A DNA stretch of 64,000 nt, taken from the NCBI RefSeq assembly GCF_964204645.1, contig NC_134028.1:248001-312000 (forward strand), read 5' to 3'. Source of the DNA: Tubulanus polymorphus (Eukaryota; Animalia; Nemertea). The position numbers were made by a program, and so were the translations under genes. The notes under the pieces were generated by a model. The model was not told the DNA's origin and ran no database searches. It saw only the letters and a program-made list of their open reading frames with translations. Shown piece after piece: positions 26,801 through 40,900 of this stretch (position 1 is the stretch's first letter; the number at the start of each line of letters is the position of its first letter).

Positions 26801-29800
26801 AAATAGCCATAAAATTCTTAATCTTTCCACCTATCTATTTGAAATCAGTTCAATACGCCTTAACACATCTTTTCAGATTGAATCCATCATCTTCAGAACC
26901 AAAAGCAGCCAGAAAATTCTTAATCTTTCAACCTATCTATTTGAAATCAGTTCAGTACACCCTAACCCATCAATTAAGATAGAATTCATCATCTTTAGGA
27001 CCCAATTTTGCAAGAAAAATCTGTATCTTTCAGTCCATCTACTCGAAATCAGTTCAGTTTACCTTAACCTATCATTTCAGATCGAGTCCATCATCTTCAG
27101 GAGCATAAATAGCCAGAAAATTCTTAATCTTTCCACCTATCTATTTGAAATCAGTTCAATACGCCTTAGCCCATCTTTTCAGATTGAGTCCATCATCTTC
27201 AGAACCAAAGGCAGCCAGAAAATTCTGATTCTTTCCACCTAACTATTTGAAATCAGTTCAGTTCACCCTAACCCATCAATTAAGATAGAATTCATTATCT
27301 TTAGGACCCTATTTTGCAAGAAAAATCTGTATCTTTCAGTCCATCTACTCGAAATCAGTTCAGTTTACCTTAACCTATCATTTCAGATCGAGTCCATCAT
27401 CTTCAGGAGCATAAATAGCCAGAAAATTCTTAATCTTTCCACCTATCTATTTGAAATCAGTTCAATACGCCTTAACCCATCTTTTCAGATTGAGTCCATC
27501 ATCTTCAGAACCAAAGGCAGCAAGAAAATTCTGATTCTTTCAACCTATCTATTTGAAATCAGTTCAGTACACCCTAACCCATCAATTAAGATAGAATTCA
27601 TCATCTTTAGGACCCTATTTTGCAAGAAAAATCTGTATCTTTCAGTCCATCTACTCGAAATCAGTTCAGTTTACCCTAACCTATCATTTCAGATCGAGTC
27701 CATCATCTTCAGGAGCATAAATAACCAGAAAATTCTTAATCTTTCAACCTATCTGTTTGAAATCAGTTCAGTACACCCTAACCCATCAATTAAGATAGAA
27801 TTCATCATCTTTAGGACCCTATTTTGCAAGAAAAATCTGTATCTTTCAGTCCATCTACTCGAAATCAGTTCAGTTTACCTTAACCTATCATTTCAGATCG
27901 AGTCCATCATCTTCAGGAGCATAAATAGCCAGAAAATTCTTAATCTTTCCACCTATCTATTTGAAATCAGTTCAATACGCCTTAACCCATCTTTTCAGAT
28001 TGAGTCCATCATCTTCAGAACCAAAGGCAGCAAGAAAATTCTGATTCTTTCAACCTATCTATTTGAAATCAGTTCAGTACACCCTAACCCATCAATTAAG
28101 ATAGAATTCATCATCTTTAGGACCCTATTTTGCAAGAAAAATCTGTATCTTTCAGTCCATCTACTCGAAATCAGTTCAGTTTACCTTAACCTATCATTTC
28201 AGATCGAGTCCATCATCTTCAGGAGCATAAATAACCAGAAAATTCTTAATCTTTCCACCTATCTATTTGAAATCAGTTCAATACGCCTTAGCCCATCAAT
28301 TAAGATAGAATTCATCATCTTTAGGACCCTATTTTGCAAGAAAAATCTGTATCTTTCAGTCCATCTACTCGAAATCAGTTCAGTTTACCTTAACCTATCA
28401 TTTCAGATCGAGTCCATCATCTTCAGGAGCATAAATAGCCAGAAAATTCTTAATCTTTCCACCTATCTATTTGAAATCAGTTCAATACGCCTTAGCCCAT
28501 CTTTTCAGATTCAGTCCATCATCTTCAGAACCAAAGGCAGCCAGAAAATTCTGATTCTTTCCACTTATCTATTTGAAATCAGTTCAGTTCACCCTAACCC
28601 ATCAATTAAGATAGAATTCATCATCTTTAGGACCCTATTTTGCAAGAAAAATCTGTATCTTTCAGTCCATCTATTCGAAATCAGTTCAGTTTACCTTAAC
28701 CTATCATTTCAGATCGAGTCCATCATCTTCAGGAGCATAAATAGCCAGAAAATTCGTAATCTTTCCACCTATCTATTTGAAATCAGTTCAGTACACCCTA
28801 ACCCATCAATTAAGATAGAACTCATCATCTTTAGGACCCTATTTTGCAAGAAAAATCTGTATCTTTCAGTCCATCTACTCGAAATCAGTTCAGTCTACCT
28901 TAACCTATCATTTCAGATCGAGTCCATCATCTTCAGGAGCATAAATAGCCAGAAAATTCTTAATCTTTCCACCTATCTATTTGAAATCAGTTCAATACGC
29001 CTTAACACATCTTTTCAGATTGAATCCATCATCTTCAGAACCAAAAGCAGCCAGAAAATTCTGATTCTTTCAACCTATCTATTTGAAATCAGTTCAGTAC
29101 ACCCTAACCCATCAATTAAGATAGAATTCATCATCTTTAGGACCCTATTTTGCAAGAAAAATCTGTATCTTTCAGTCCATCTACTCGAAATCAGTTCAGT
29201 TTACCTTAACCTATCATTTCAGATCGAGTCCATCATCTTCAGGAGCATAAATAGCAAGGAAATTCTTAATCTTTCCACCTATCTATTTGAAATCAGTTCA
29301 ATACGCCTTAACACATCTTTTCAGATTGAATCCATCATCTTCAGAACCAAAAGCAGCCAGAAAATTCTGATTCTTTCAACCTATCTATTTGAAATCAGTT
29401 CAGTACACCCTAACCCATCAATTAAGATAGAATTCATCATCTTTAGGACCCTATTTTGCAAGAAAAACCTGTATCTTTCAGTCCATCTGCTCGAAATCAG
29501 TTCAGTTTACCTTAACCTATCATTTCAGATCGAGTCCATCATCTTCAGGAGCATAAATAACCAGAAAATTCTTAATCTTTCCACCTATCTATTTGAAATC
29601 AGTTCAATACGCCTTAGCCCATCTTTTCAGATTCAGTCCATCATCTTCAGAACCAAAGGCAGCCAGAAAATTCTTAATCTTTCCACCTATCTGTTTGAAA
29701 TCAGTTCAGTTCACCCTAACCCATCAATTTAGATAGAATTCATCATCTTTAGGACCCTATTTTGCAAGAAAACCCTGTATCTTTCAGTCCATCTGCTCGA

Positions 29801-32800
29801 AATCAGTTCAGTTTACCTTAACCTATCATTTCAGATCGAGTCCATCATCTTCAGGAGCATAAATAGCCACGAAATTCTTAATCTTTCCACCTATCTATTT
29901 GAAATCAGTTCAATACGCCTTAACACATCTTTTCAGATTGAATCCATCATCTTCAGAACCAAAAGCAGCCAGAAAATTCTGATTCTTTCAACCTGTCTAT
30001 TTGAAATCAGTTCAGTACACCCTAACCCATCATTTAAGATAGAACTCATCATCTTTAGGACCCTATTTTGCAAGAAAAATCTGTATCTTTCAGTCCATCT
30101 GCTCGAAATCAGTTCAGTTTACCTTAACCTATCATTTCAGATCGAGTCCATCATCTTCAGGAGCATAAATAGCCAGAAAATTCTTAATCTTTCCACCTAT
30201 CTATTTGAAATCAGTTCAATACGCCTTAACACATCTTTTCAGATTGAATCCATCATCTTCAGAACCAAAAGCAGCCAGAAAATTCTTAATCTTTCAACCT
30301 ATCTATTTGAAATCAGTTCAGTACACCCTAACCCATCAATTAAGATAGAATTCATCATCTTTAGGACCCTATTTTGCAAGAAAAATCTGTATCTTTCAGT
30401 CCATCTACTTGAAATCAGTTCAGTTTACCTTAACCTATCATTTCAGATCGAGTCCATCATCTTCAGGAGCATAAATAGCCAGAAAATTCTTAATCTTTCC
30501 ACCTATCTATTTGAAATCAGTTCAATACGCCTTAGCCCATCTTTTCAGATTGAGTCCATCATCTTCAGAACCAAAGGCAGCCAGAAAATTCTGATTCTTT
30601 CCACCTATCTATTTGAAATCAGTTCAGTTCACCCTAACTCATCAATTAAGATAGAATTCATTATCTTTAGGACCCTATTTTGCAAGAAAAATCTGTATCT
30701 TTCAGTCCATCTACTCGAAATCAGTTCAGTTTACCTTAACCTATCATTTCAGATCGAGTCCTTCATCTTCAGGAGCATAAATAGCCAGAAAATTCTTAAT
30801 CTTTCCACCTATCTATTTGAAATCAGTTCAATACGCCTTAACCCATCTTTTCAGATTGAGTCCATCATCTTCAGAACCAAAGGCAGCAAGAAAATTCTGA
30901 TTCTTTCAACCTATCTATTTGAAATCAGTTCAGTACACCCTAACCCATCAATTAAGATAGAATTCATCATCTTTAGGACCCTATTTTGCAAGAAAAATCT
31001 GTATCTTTCAGTCCATCTACTCGAAATCAGTTCAGTTTACCTTAACCTATCATTTCAGATCGAGGCCATCATCTTCAGGAGCATAAATAACCAGAAAATT
31101 CTGATTCTTTCAACCTATCTATTTGAAATCAGTTCAGTACACCCTAACCCATCAATTAAGATAGAATTCATCATCTTTAGGACCCTATTTTGCAAGAAAA
31201 ATCTGTATCTTTCAGTCCATCTACTCGAAATCAGTTCAGTTTACCTTAACCTATCATTTCAGATCGAGGCCATCATCTTCAGGAGCATAAATAACCAGAA
31301 AATTCTTAATCTTTCCACCTATCTATTTGAAATCAGTTCAATACGCCTTAGCCCATCAATTAAGATAGAATTCATCATCTTTAGGACCCTATTTTGCAAG
31401 AAAAATCTGTATCTTTCAGTCCATCTACTCGAAATCAGTTCAGTTTACCTTAACCTATCATTTCAGATCGAGTCCATCATCTTCAGGAGCATAAATAGCC
31501 AGAAAATTCTTAATCTTTCCACCTATCTATTTGAAATCAGTTCAATACGCCTTAACACATCTTTTCAGATTGAATCCATCATCTTCAGAACCAAAAGCTG
31601 CCAGAAAATTCTTAATCTTTCAACCTATCTATTTGAAATCAGTTCAGTACACCCTAACCCATCAATTAAGATAGAACTCATCATCTTTAGGACCCTATTT
31701 TGAAAGAAAAATTTGTATCTTTCAGTCCATCTACTCGAAATCAGTTCAGTCTACCTTAACCTATCATTTCAGATCGAGTCCATCATCTTCAGGAGCATAA
31801 ATAACCAGAAAATTCTTAATCTTTCCACCTATCTATTTGAAATCAGTTCAATACGCCTTAGCCCATCTTTTCAGATTCAGTCCATCATCTTCAGAACCAA
31901 AGGCAGCCAGAAAATTCTTAATCTTTCCACCTATCTGTTTGAAATCAGTTCAGTTCACCCTAACCCATCAATTTAGATAGAATTCATCATCTTTAGGACC
32001 CTATTTTGCAAGAAAAACCTGTATCTTTCAGTCCATCTGCTCGAAATCAGTTCAGTTTACCTTAACCTATCATTTCAGATCGAGTCCATCATCTTCAGGA
32101 GCATAAATAGCCAGAAAATTCTTAATCTTTCCACCTATCTATTTGAAATCAGTTCAATACGCCTTAACACATCTTTTCAGATTGAATCCATCATCTTCAG
32201 AACCAAAAGCAGCCAGAAAATTCTGATTCTTTCAACCTATCTATTTGAAATCAGTTCAGTACACCCTAACCCATCAATTAAGATAGAACTCATCATCTTT
32301 AGGACCCTATTTTGCAAGAAAAATCTGTATCTTTCAGTCCATCTGCTCGAAATCAGTTCAGTTTACCTTAACCTATCATTTCAGATCGAGTCCATCATCT
32401 TCAGGAGCATAAATAGCCAGAAAATTCTTAATCTTTCCACCTATCTATTTGAAATCAGTTCAATACGCCTTAACACATCTTTTCAGATTGAATCCATCAT
32501 CTTCAGAACCAAAAGCTGCCAGAAAATTCTTAATCTTTCAACCTATCTATGTGAAATCAGTTCAGTACACCCTAACCCATCAATTAAGATAGAATTCATC
32601 ATCTTTAGGACCCTATTTTGCAAGAAAAATCTGTATCTTTCAGTCCATCTACTCGAAATCAGTTCAGTTTACCTTAACCTATCATTTCAGATCGAGTCCA
32701 TCATCTTCAGGAGCATAAATAGCCAGAAAATTCTTAATCTTTCCACCTATCTATTTGAAATCAGTTCAATACGCCTTAGCCCATCTTTTCAGATTCAGTC

Positions 32801-34916
32801 CATCATCTTCAGAACCAAAGGCAGCCAGAAAATTCTGATTCTTTCCAACTATCTATTTGAAATCAGTTCAGTTCACCCTAACCCATCAATTAAGGTAGAA
32901 TTCATCATCTTTAGGACCCTATTTTGCAAGAAAAATCTGTATCTTTCAGTCCATCTACTCGAAATCAGTTCAGTTTACCTTAACCTATCATTTCAGATCG
33001 AGTCCATCATCTTCAGGAGCATAAATAGCCAGATAATTCTGAATCTTTCCACCTATCTATTTGAAATCAGTTCAATACGCCTTAGCCCATCTTTTCAGAT
33101 TGAGTCCATCATCTTCAGAACCAAAGGCAGCCAGAAAATTCTGATTCTTTCCACCTATCTATTTGAAATCAGTTCAGTTCACCCTAACCCATCAATTAAG
33201 ATAGAATTCATCATCTTTAGGACCCTATTTTGCAAGAAAAATCTGTATCTTTCAGTCCATCTACTCGAAATCAGTTCAGTTTACCTTAACCTATCATTTC
33301 AGATCGAGTCCATCATCTTCAGGAGCATAAATAGCCAGAAAATTCTTAATCTTTCCACCTATCCATTTGAAATCAGTTCAGTACACCCTAACCCATCAAT
33401 TAAGTTAGAATTCATCATCTTTAGGACCCTATTTTGCAAGAAAAATCTGTATCTTTCAGTCCATCTACTCGAAATCAGTTCAGTTTACCTTAACCTATCA
33501 TTTCAGATCGAGTCCATCATCTTCAGGAGCATAAATAGCCAGAAAATTCTTAATCTTTCCACCTATCTATTTGAAATCAGTTCAATACGCCTTAGCCCAT
33601 CTTTTCAGATTGAGTCCATCACCTTCAGAACCAAAGGCAGCCAGAAAATTCTGATTCTTTCCACCTATCTATTTGAAATCAGTTCAGTTCACCCTAACCC
33701 ATCAATTAAGATAGAATTCATCATCTTTAGGACCCTATTTTGCAAGAAAAATCTGTATCTTTCAGTCCATCTACTCGAAATCAGTTCAGTTTACCTTAAC
33801 CTATCATTTCAGATCGAGTCCATCATCTTCAGGAGCATAAATAGCCAGAAAATTCTTAATCTTTCCACCTATCTATTTGAAATCAGTTGAGTACACCCTA
33901 ACCCATCAATTAAGATAGAACTGATCATCTTTAGGACCCTATTTTGCAAGAAAAATCTGTATCTTTCAGTCCATCTACTCGAAATCAGTTCAGTCTACCT
34001 TAACCTATCATTTCAGATCGAGTCCATCATCTTCAGGAGCATAAATAGCCAGAAAATTCTTAATCTTTCCACCTATCTATTTGAAATCAGTTCAGTACAC
34101 CCTAACCCATCAATTAAGATAGAACTCATCATCTATAGGACCCTATTTTGCAAGAAAAATCTGTATCTTTCAGTCCATCTACTCGAAATCAGTTCAGTCT
34201 ACCTTAACCTATCATTTCAGATCGAGTCCATCATCTTCAGGAGCATAAATAGCCAGAAAATTCTTAATCTTTCCACCTATCTATTTGAAATCAGTTCAAT
34301 ACGCCTTAACCCATCTTTTCAGATTGAATCCATCATCTTCAGAACCAAAAGCAGCCAGAAAAATCTGATTCTTTCCACCTATCTATTTGAAATCAGTTCA
34401 GTACACCCTAACCCATCAATTAAGATAGAATTCATCATCTTTAGGACCCTATTTTGCAAGAAAAATTTGTATCTTTCAGTCCATCTACTCGAAATCAGTT
34501 CAGTTTACCTTAACCTATCATTTCAGATCGAGTCCATCATCTTCAGGAGCATAAATAGCCAGAAAATTCTTAATCTTTCCACCTATCTATTTGAAATCAG
34601 TTCAATACGCCTTAGCCCATCTTTTCAGATTGAGTCCATCATCTTCAGAACCAAAGGCAGCCAGAAAATTCTGATTCTTTCCACCTATCTATTTGAAATC
34701 AGTTCAGTTCACCCTAACTCATCAATTAAGATAGAATTCATTATCTTTAGGACCCTATTTTGCAAGAAAAATCTGTGTCTTTCAGTCCATCTACTCGAAA
34801 TCAGTTCAGTTTACCTTAACCTATCATTTCAGATCGAGTCCATCATCTTCAGGAGCATAAATAGCCAGAAAATTCTTAATCTTTCCACCTATCTATTTGA
34901 AATCAGTTCAGTACAC

Positions 34917-34917
34917 A
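34917..34917. other. Single +1 A insertion (GTACAC[A]CCT); the only net register shift in the window
   Basis: Monomer starts are 15 mod 102 up to 34899 and 16 mod 102 from 35002 to 63970; the ORF-track frame shifts accordingly. Confidence 0.93.
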
Positions 34918-37900
34918 CCTAACCCATCAATTAAGATAGAACTCATCATCTTTAGGACCCTATTTTGAAAGAAAAATTTGTATCTTTCAGTCCATCTACT
35001 CGAAATCAGTTCAGTCTACCTTAACCTATCATTTCAGATCGAGTCCATCATCTTCAGGAGCATAAATAACCAGAAAATTCTTAATCTTTCCACCTATCTA
35101 TTTGAAATCAGTTCAATACGCCTTAGCCCATCTTTTCAGATTCAGTCCATCATCTTCAGAACCAAAGGCAGCCAGAAAATTCTTAATCTTTCCACCTATC
35201 TATTTGAAATCAGTTCAGTACACCCTAACCCATCAATTAAGATAGAACTCATCATCTTTAGGACCCTATTTTGCAAGAAAAATCTGTATCTTTCAGTCCA
35301 TCTGCTCGAAATCAGTTCAGTTTACCTTAACCTATCATTTCAGATCGAGTCCATCATCTTCAGGAGCATAAATAGCCAGAAAATTCTTAATCTTTCCACC
35401 TATCTATTTGAAATCAGTTCAATACGCCTTAACACATCTTTTCAGATTGAATCCATCATCTTCAGAACCAAAAGCTGCCAGAAAATTCTTAATCTTTCAA
35501 CCTATCTATTTGAAATCAGTTCAGTACACCCTAACCCATCAATTAAGATAGAATTCATCATCTTTAGGACCCTATTTTGCAAGAAAAATCTGTATCTTTC
35601 AGTCCATCTACTCGAAATCAGTTCAGTTTACCTTAACCTATCATTTCAGATCGAGTCCATCATCTTCAGGAGCATAAATAGCCAGAAAATTCTTAATCTT
35701 TCCACCTATCTATTTGAAATCAGTTCAATACGCCTTAGCCCATCTTTTCAGATTCAGTCCATCATCTTCAGAACCAAAGGCAGCCAGAAAATTCTGATTC
35801 TTTCCAACTATCTATTTGAAATCAGTTCAGTTCACCCTAACCCATCAATTAAGGTAGAATTCATCATCTTTAGGACCCTATTTTGCAAGAAAAATCTGTA
35901 TCTTTCAGTCCATCTACTCGAAATCAGTTCAGTTTACCTTAACCTATCATTTCAGATCGAGTCCATCATCTTCAGGAGCATAAATAGCCAGATAATTCTG
36001 AATCTTTCCACCTATCTATTTGAAATCAGTTCAATACGCCTTAGCCCATCTTTTCAGATTGAGTCCATCATCTTCAGAACCAAAGGCAGCCAGAAAATTC
36101 TGATTCTTTCCACCTATCTATTTGAAATCAGTTCAGTTCACCCTAACCCATCAATTAAGATAGAATTCATCATCTTTAGGACCCTATTTTGCAAGCAAAA
36201 TCTGTATCTTTCAGTCCATCTATTCGAAATCAGTTCAGTTTACCTTAACCTATCATTTCAGATCGAGTCCATCATCTTCAGGAGCATAAATAGCCAGAAA
36301 ATTCTTAATCTTTCCACCTATCTATTTGAAATCAGTTCAGTACACCCTAACCCATCAATTAAGATAGAACTCATCATCTTTAGGACCCTATTTTGCAAGA
36401 AAAATCTGTATCTTTCAGTCCATCTGCTCGAAATCAGTTCAGTTTACCTTAACCTATCATTTCAGATCGAGTCCATCATCTTCAGGAGCATAAATAGCCA
36501 GAAAATTCTTAATCTTTCCACCTATCTATTTGAAATCAGTTCAATACGCCTTAACACATCTTTTCAGATTGAATCCATCATCTTCAGAACCAAAAGCTGC
36601 CAGAAAATTCTTAATCTTTCAACCTATCTATTTGAAATCAGTTCAGTACACCCTAACCCATCAATTAAGATAGAATTCATCATCTTTAGGACCCTATTTT
36701 GCAAGAAAAATCTGTATCTTTCAGTCCATCTACTCGAAATCAGTTCAGTTTACCTTAACCTATCATTTCAGATCGAGTCCATCATCTTCAGGAGCATAAA
36801 TAGCCAGAAAATTCTTAATCTTTCCACCTATCTATTTGAAATCAGTTCAATACGCCTTAGCCCATCTTTTCAGATTCAGTCCATCATCTTCAGAACCAAA
36901 GGCAGCCAGAAAATTCTGATTCTTTCCAACTATCTATTTGAAATCAGTTCAGTTCACCCTAACCCATCAATTAAGGTAGAATTCATCATCTTTAGGACCC
37001 TATTTTGCAAGAAAAATCTGTATCTTTCAGTCCATCTACTCGAAATCAGTTCAGTTTACCTTAACCTATCATTTCAGATCGAGTCCATCATCTTCAGGAG
37101 CATAAATAGCCAGATAATTCTGAATCTTTCCACCTATCTATTTGAAATCAGTTCAATACGCCTTAGCCCATCTTTTCAGATTGAGTCCATCATCTTCAGA
37201 ACCAAAGGCAGCCAGAAAATTCTGATTCTTTCCACCTATCTATTTGAAATCAGTTCAGTTCACCCTAACCCATCAATTAAGATAGAATTCATCATCTTTA
37301 GGACCCTATTTTGCAAGAAAAATCTGTATCTTTCAGTCCATCTACTCGAAATCAGTTCAGTTTACCTTAACCTATCATTTCAGATCGAGTCCATCATCTT
37401 CAGGAGCATAAATAGCCAGAAAATTCTTAATCTTTCCACCTATCCATTTGAAATCAGTTCAGTACACCCTAACCCATCAATTAAGTTAGAATTCATCATC
37501 TTTAGGACCCTATTTTGCAAGAAAAATCTGTATCTTTCAGTCCATCTACTCGAAATCAGTTCAGTTTACCTTAACCTATCATTTCAGATCGAGTCCATCA
37601 TCTTCAGGAGCATAAATAGCCAGAAAATTCTTAATCTTTCCACCTATCTATTTGAAATCAGTTCAATACGCCTTAGCCCATCTTTTCAGATTGAGTCCAT
37701 CACCTTCAGAACCAAAGGCAGCCAGAAAATTCTGATTCTTTCCACCTATCTATTTGAAATCAGTTCAGTTCACCCTAACCCATCAATTAAGATAGAATTC
37801 ATCATCTTTAGGACCCTATTTTGCAAGAAAAATCTGTATCTTTCAGTCCATCTACTCGAAATCAGTTCAGTTTACCTTAACCTATCATTTCAGATCGAGT

Positions 37901-40900
37901 CCATCATCTTCAGGAGCATAAATAGCCAGAAAATTCTTAATCTTTCCACCTATCTATTTGAAATCAGTTGAGTACACCCTAACCCATCAATTAAGATAGA
38001 ACTGATCATCTTTAGGACCCTATTTTGCAAGAAAAATCTGTATCTTTCAGTCCATCTACTCGAAATCAGTTCAGTCTACCTTAACCTATCATTTCAGATC
38101 GAGTCCATCATCTTCAGGAGCATAAATAGCCAGAAAATTCTTAATCTTTCCACCTATCTATTTGAAATCAGTTCAGTACACCCTAACCCATCAATTAAGA
38201 TAGAACTCATCATCTATAGGACCCTATTTTGCAAGAAAAATCTGTATCTTTCAGTCCATCTACTCGAAATCAGTTCAGTCTACCTTAACCTATCATTTCA
38301 GATCGAGTCCATCATCTTCAGGAGCATAAATAGCCAGAAAATTCTTAATCTTTCCACCTATCTATTTGAAATCAGTTCAATACGCCTTAACCCATCTTTT
38401 CAGATTGAATCCATCATCTTCAGAACCAAAAGCAGCCAGAAAATTCTGATTCTTTCCACCTATCTATTTGAAATCAGTTCAGTACACCCTAACCCATCAA
38501 TTAAGATAGAATTCATCATCTTTAGGACCCTATTTTGCAAGAAAAATTTGTATCTTTCAGTCCATCTACTCGAAATCAGTTCAGTTTACCTTAACCTATC
38601 ATTTCAGATCGAGTCCATCATCTTCAGGAGCATAAATAGCCAGAAAATTCTTAATCTTTCCACCTATCTATTTGAAATCAGTTCAATACGCCTTAGCCCA
38701 TCTTTTCAGATTGAGTCCATCATCTTCAGAACCAAAGGCAGCCAGAAAATTCTGATTCTTTCCACCTATCTATTTGAAATCAGTTCAGTTCACCCTAACT
38801 CATCAATTAAGATAGAATTCATTATCTTTAGGACCCTATTTTGCAAGAAAAATCTGTGTCTTTCAGTCCATCTACTCGAAATCAGTTCAGTTTACCTTAA
38901 CCTATCATTTCAGATCGAGTCCATCATCTTCAGGAGCATAAATAGCCAGAAAATTCTTAATCTTTCCACCTATCTATTTGAAATCAGTTCAATACGCCTT
39001 AACCCATCTTTTCAGATTGAGTCCATCATCTTCAGAACCAAAGGCAGCTAGAAAATTCTGATTCTTTCAACCTATCTATTTGAAATCAGTTCAGTACACC
39101 CTAACCCATCAATTAAGATAGAATTCATCATCTTTAGGACCCTATTTTGCAAGCAAAATCTGTATCTTTCAGTCCATCTATTCGAAATCAGTTCAGTTTA
39201 CCTTAACCTATCATTTCAGATCGAGTCCATCATCTTCAGGAGCATAAATAGCCAGAAAATTCTTAATCTTTCCACCTATCTATTTGAAATCAGTTCAGTA
39301 CACCCTAACCCATCAATTAAGATAGAACTCATCATCTTTAGGACCCTATTTTGAAAGAAAAATTTGTATCTTTCAGTCCATCTACTCGAAATCAGTTCAG
39401 TCTACCTTAACCTATCATTTCAGATCGAGTCCATCATCTTCAGGAGCATAAATAACCAGAAAATTCTTAATCTTTCCACCTATCTATTTGAAATCAGTTC
39501 AATACGCCTTAGCCCATCTTTTCAGATTCAGTCCATCATCTTCAGAACCAAAGGCAGCCAGAAAATTCTTAATCTTTCCACCTATCTGTTTGAAATCAGT
39601 TCAGTTCACCCTAACCCATCAATTTAGATAGAATTCATCATCTTTAGGACCCTATTTTGCAAGAAAAACCTGTATCTTTCAGTCCATCTGCTCGAAATCA
39701 GTTCAGTTTACCTTAACCTATCATTTCAGATCGAGTCCATCATCTTCAGGAGCATAAATAGCCAGAAAATTCTTAATCTTTCCACCTATCTATTTGAAAT
39801 CAGTTCAATACGCCTTAACACATCTTTTCAGATTGAATCCATCATCTTCAGAACCAAAAGCAGCCAGAAAATTCTGATTCTTTACACCTATCTATTTGAA
39901 ATCAGTTCAGTACACCCTAACCCATCAATTAAGATAGAACTCATCATCTTTAGGACCCTATTTTGCAAGAAAAATCTGTATCTTTCAGTCCATCTGCTCG
40001 AAATCAGTTCAGTTTACCTTAACCTATCATTTCAGATCGAGTCCATCATCTTCAGGAGCATAAATAGCCAGAAAATTCTTAATCTTTCCACCTATCTATT
40101 TGAAATCAGTTCAATACGCCTTAACACATCTTTTCAGATTGAATCCATCATCTTCAGAACCAAAAGCTGCCAGAAAATTCTTAATCTTTCAACCTATCTA
40201 TTTGAAATCAGTTCAGTACACCCTAACCCATCAATTAAGATAGAATTCATCATCTTTAGGACCCTATTTTGCAAGAAAAATCTGTATCTTTCAGTCCATC
40301 TACTCGAAATCAGTTCAGTTTACCTTAACCTATCATTTCAGATCGAGTCCATCATCTTCAGGAGCATAAATAGCCAGAAAATTCTTAATCTTTCCACCTA
40401 TCTATTTGAAATCAGTTCAATACGCCTTAGCCCATCTTTTCAGATTCAGTCCATCATCTTCAGAACCAAAGGCAGCCAGAAAATTCTGATTCTTTCCAAC
40501 TATCTATTTGAAATCAGTTCAGTTCACCCTAACCCATCAATTAAGGTAGAATTCATCATCTTTAGGACCCTATTTTGCAAGAAAAATCTGTATCTTTCAG
40601 TCCATCTACTCGAAATCAGTTCAGTTTACCTTAACCTATCATTTCAGATCGAGTCCATCATCTTCAGGAGCATAAATAGCCAGATAATTCTGAATCTTTC
40701 CACCTATCTATTTGAAATCAGTTCAATACGCCTTAGCCCATCTTTTCAGATTGAGTCCATCATCTTCAGAACCAAAGGCAGCCAGAAAATTCTGATTCTT
40801 TCCACCTATCTATTTGAAATCAGTTCAGTTCACCCCAACCCATCAATTAAGATAGAATTCATCATCTTTAGGACCCTATTTTGCAAGCAAAATCTGTATC

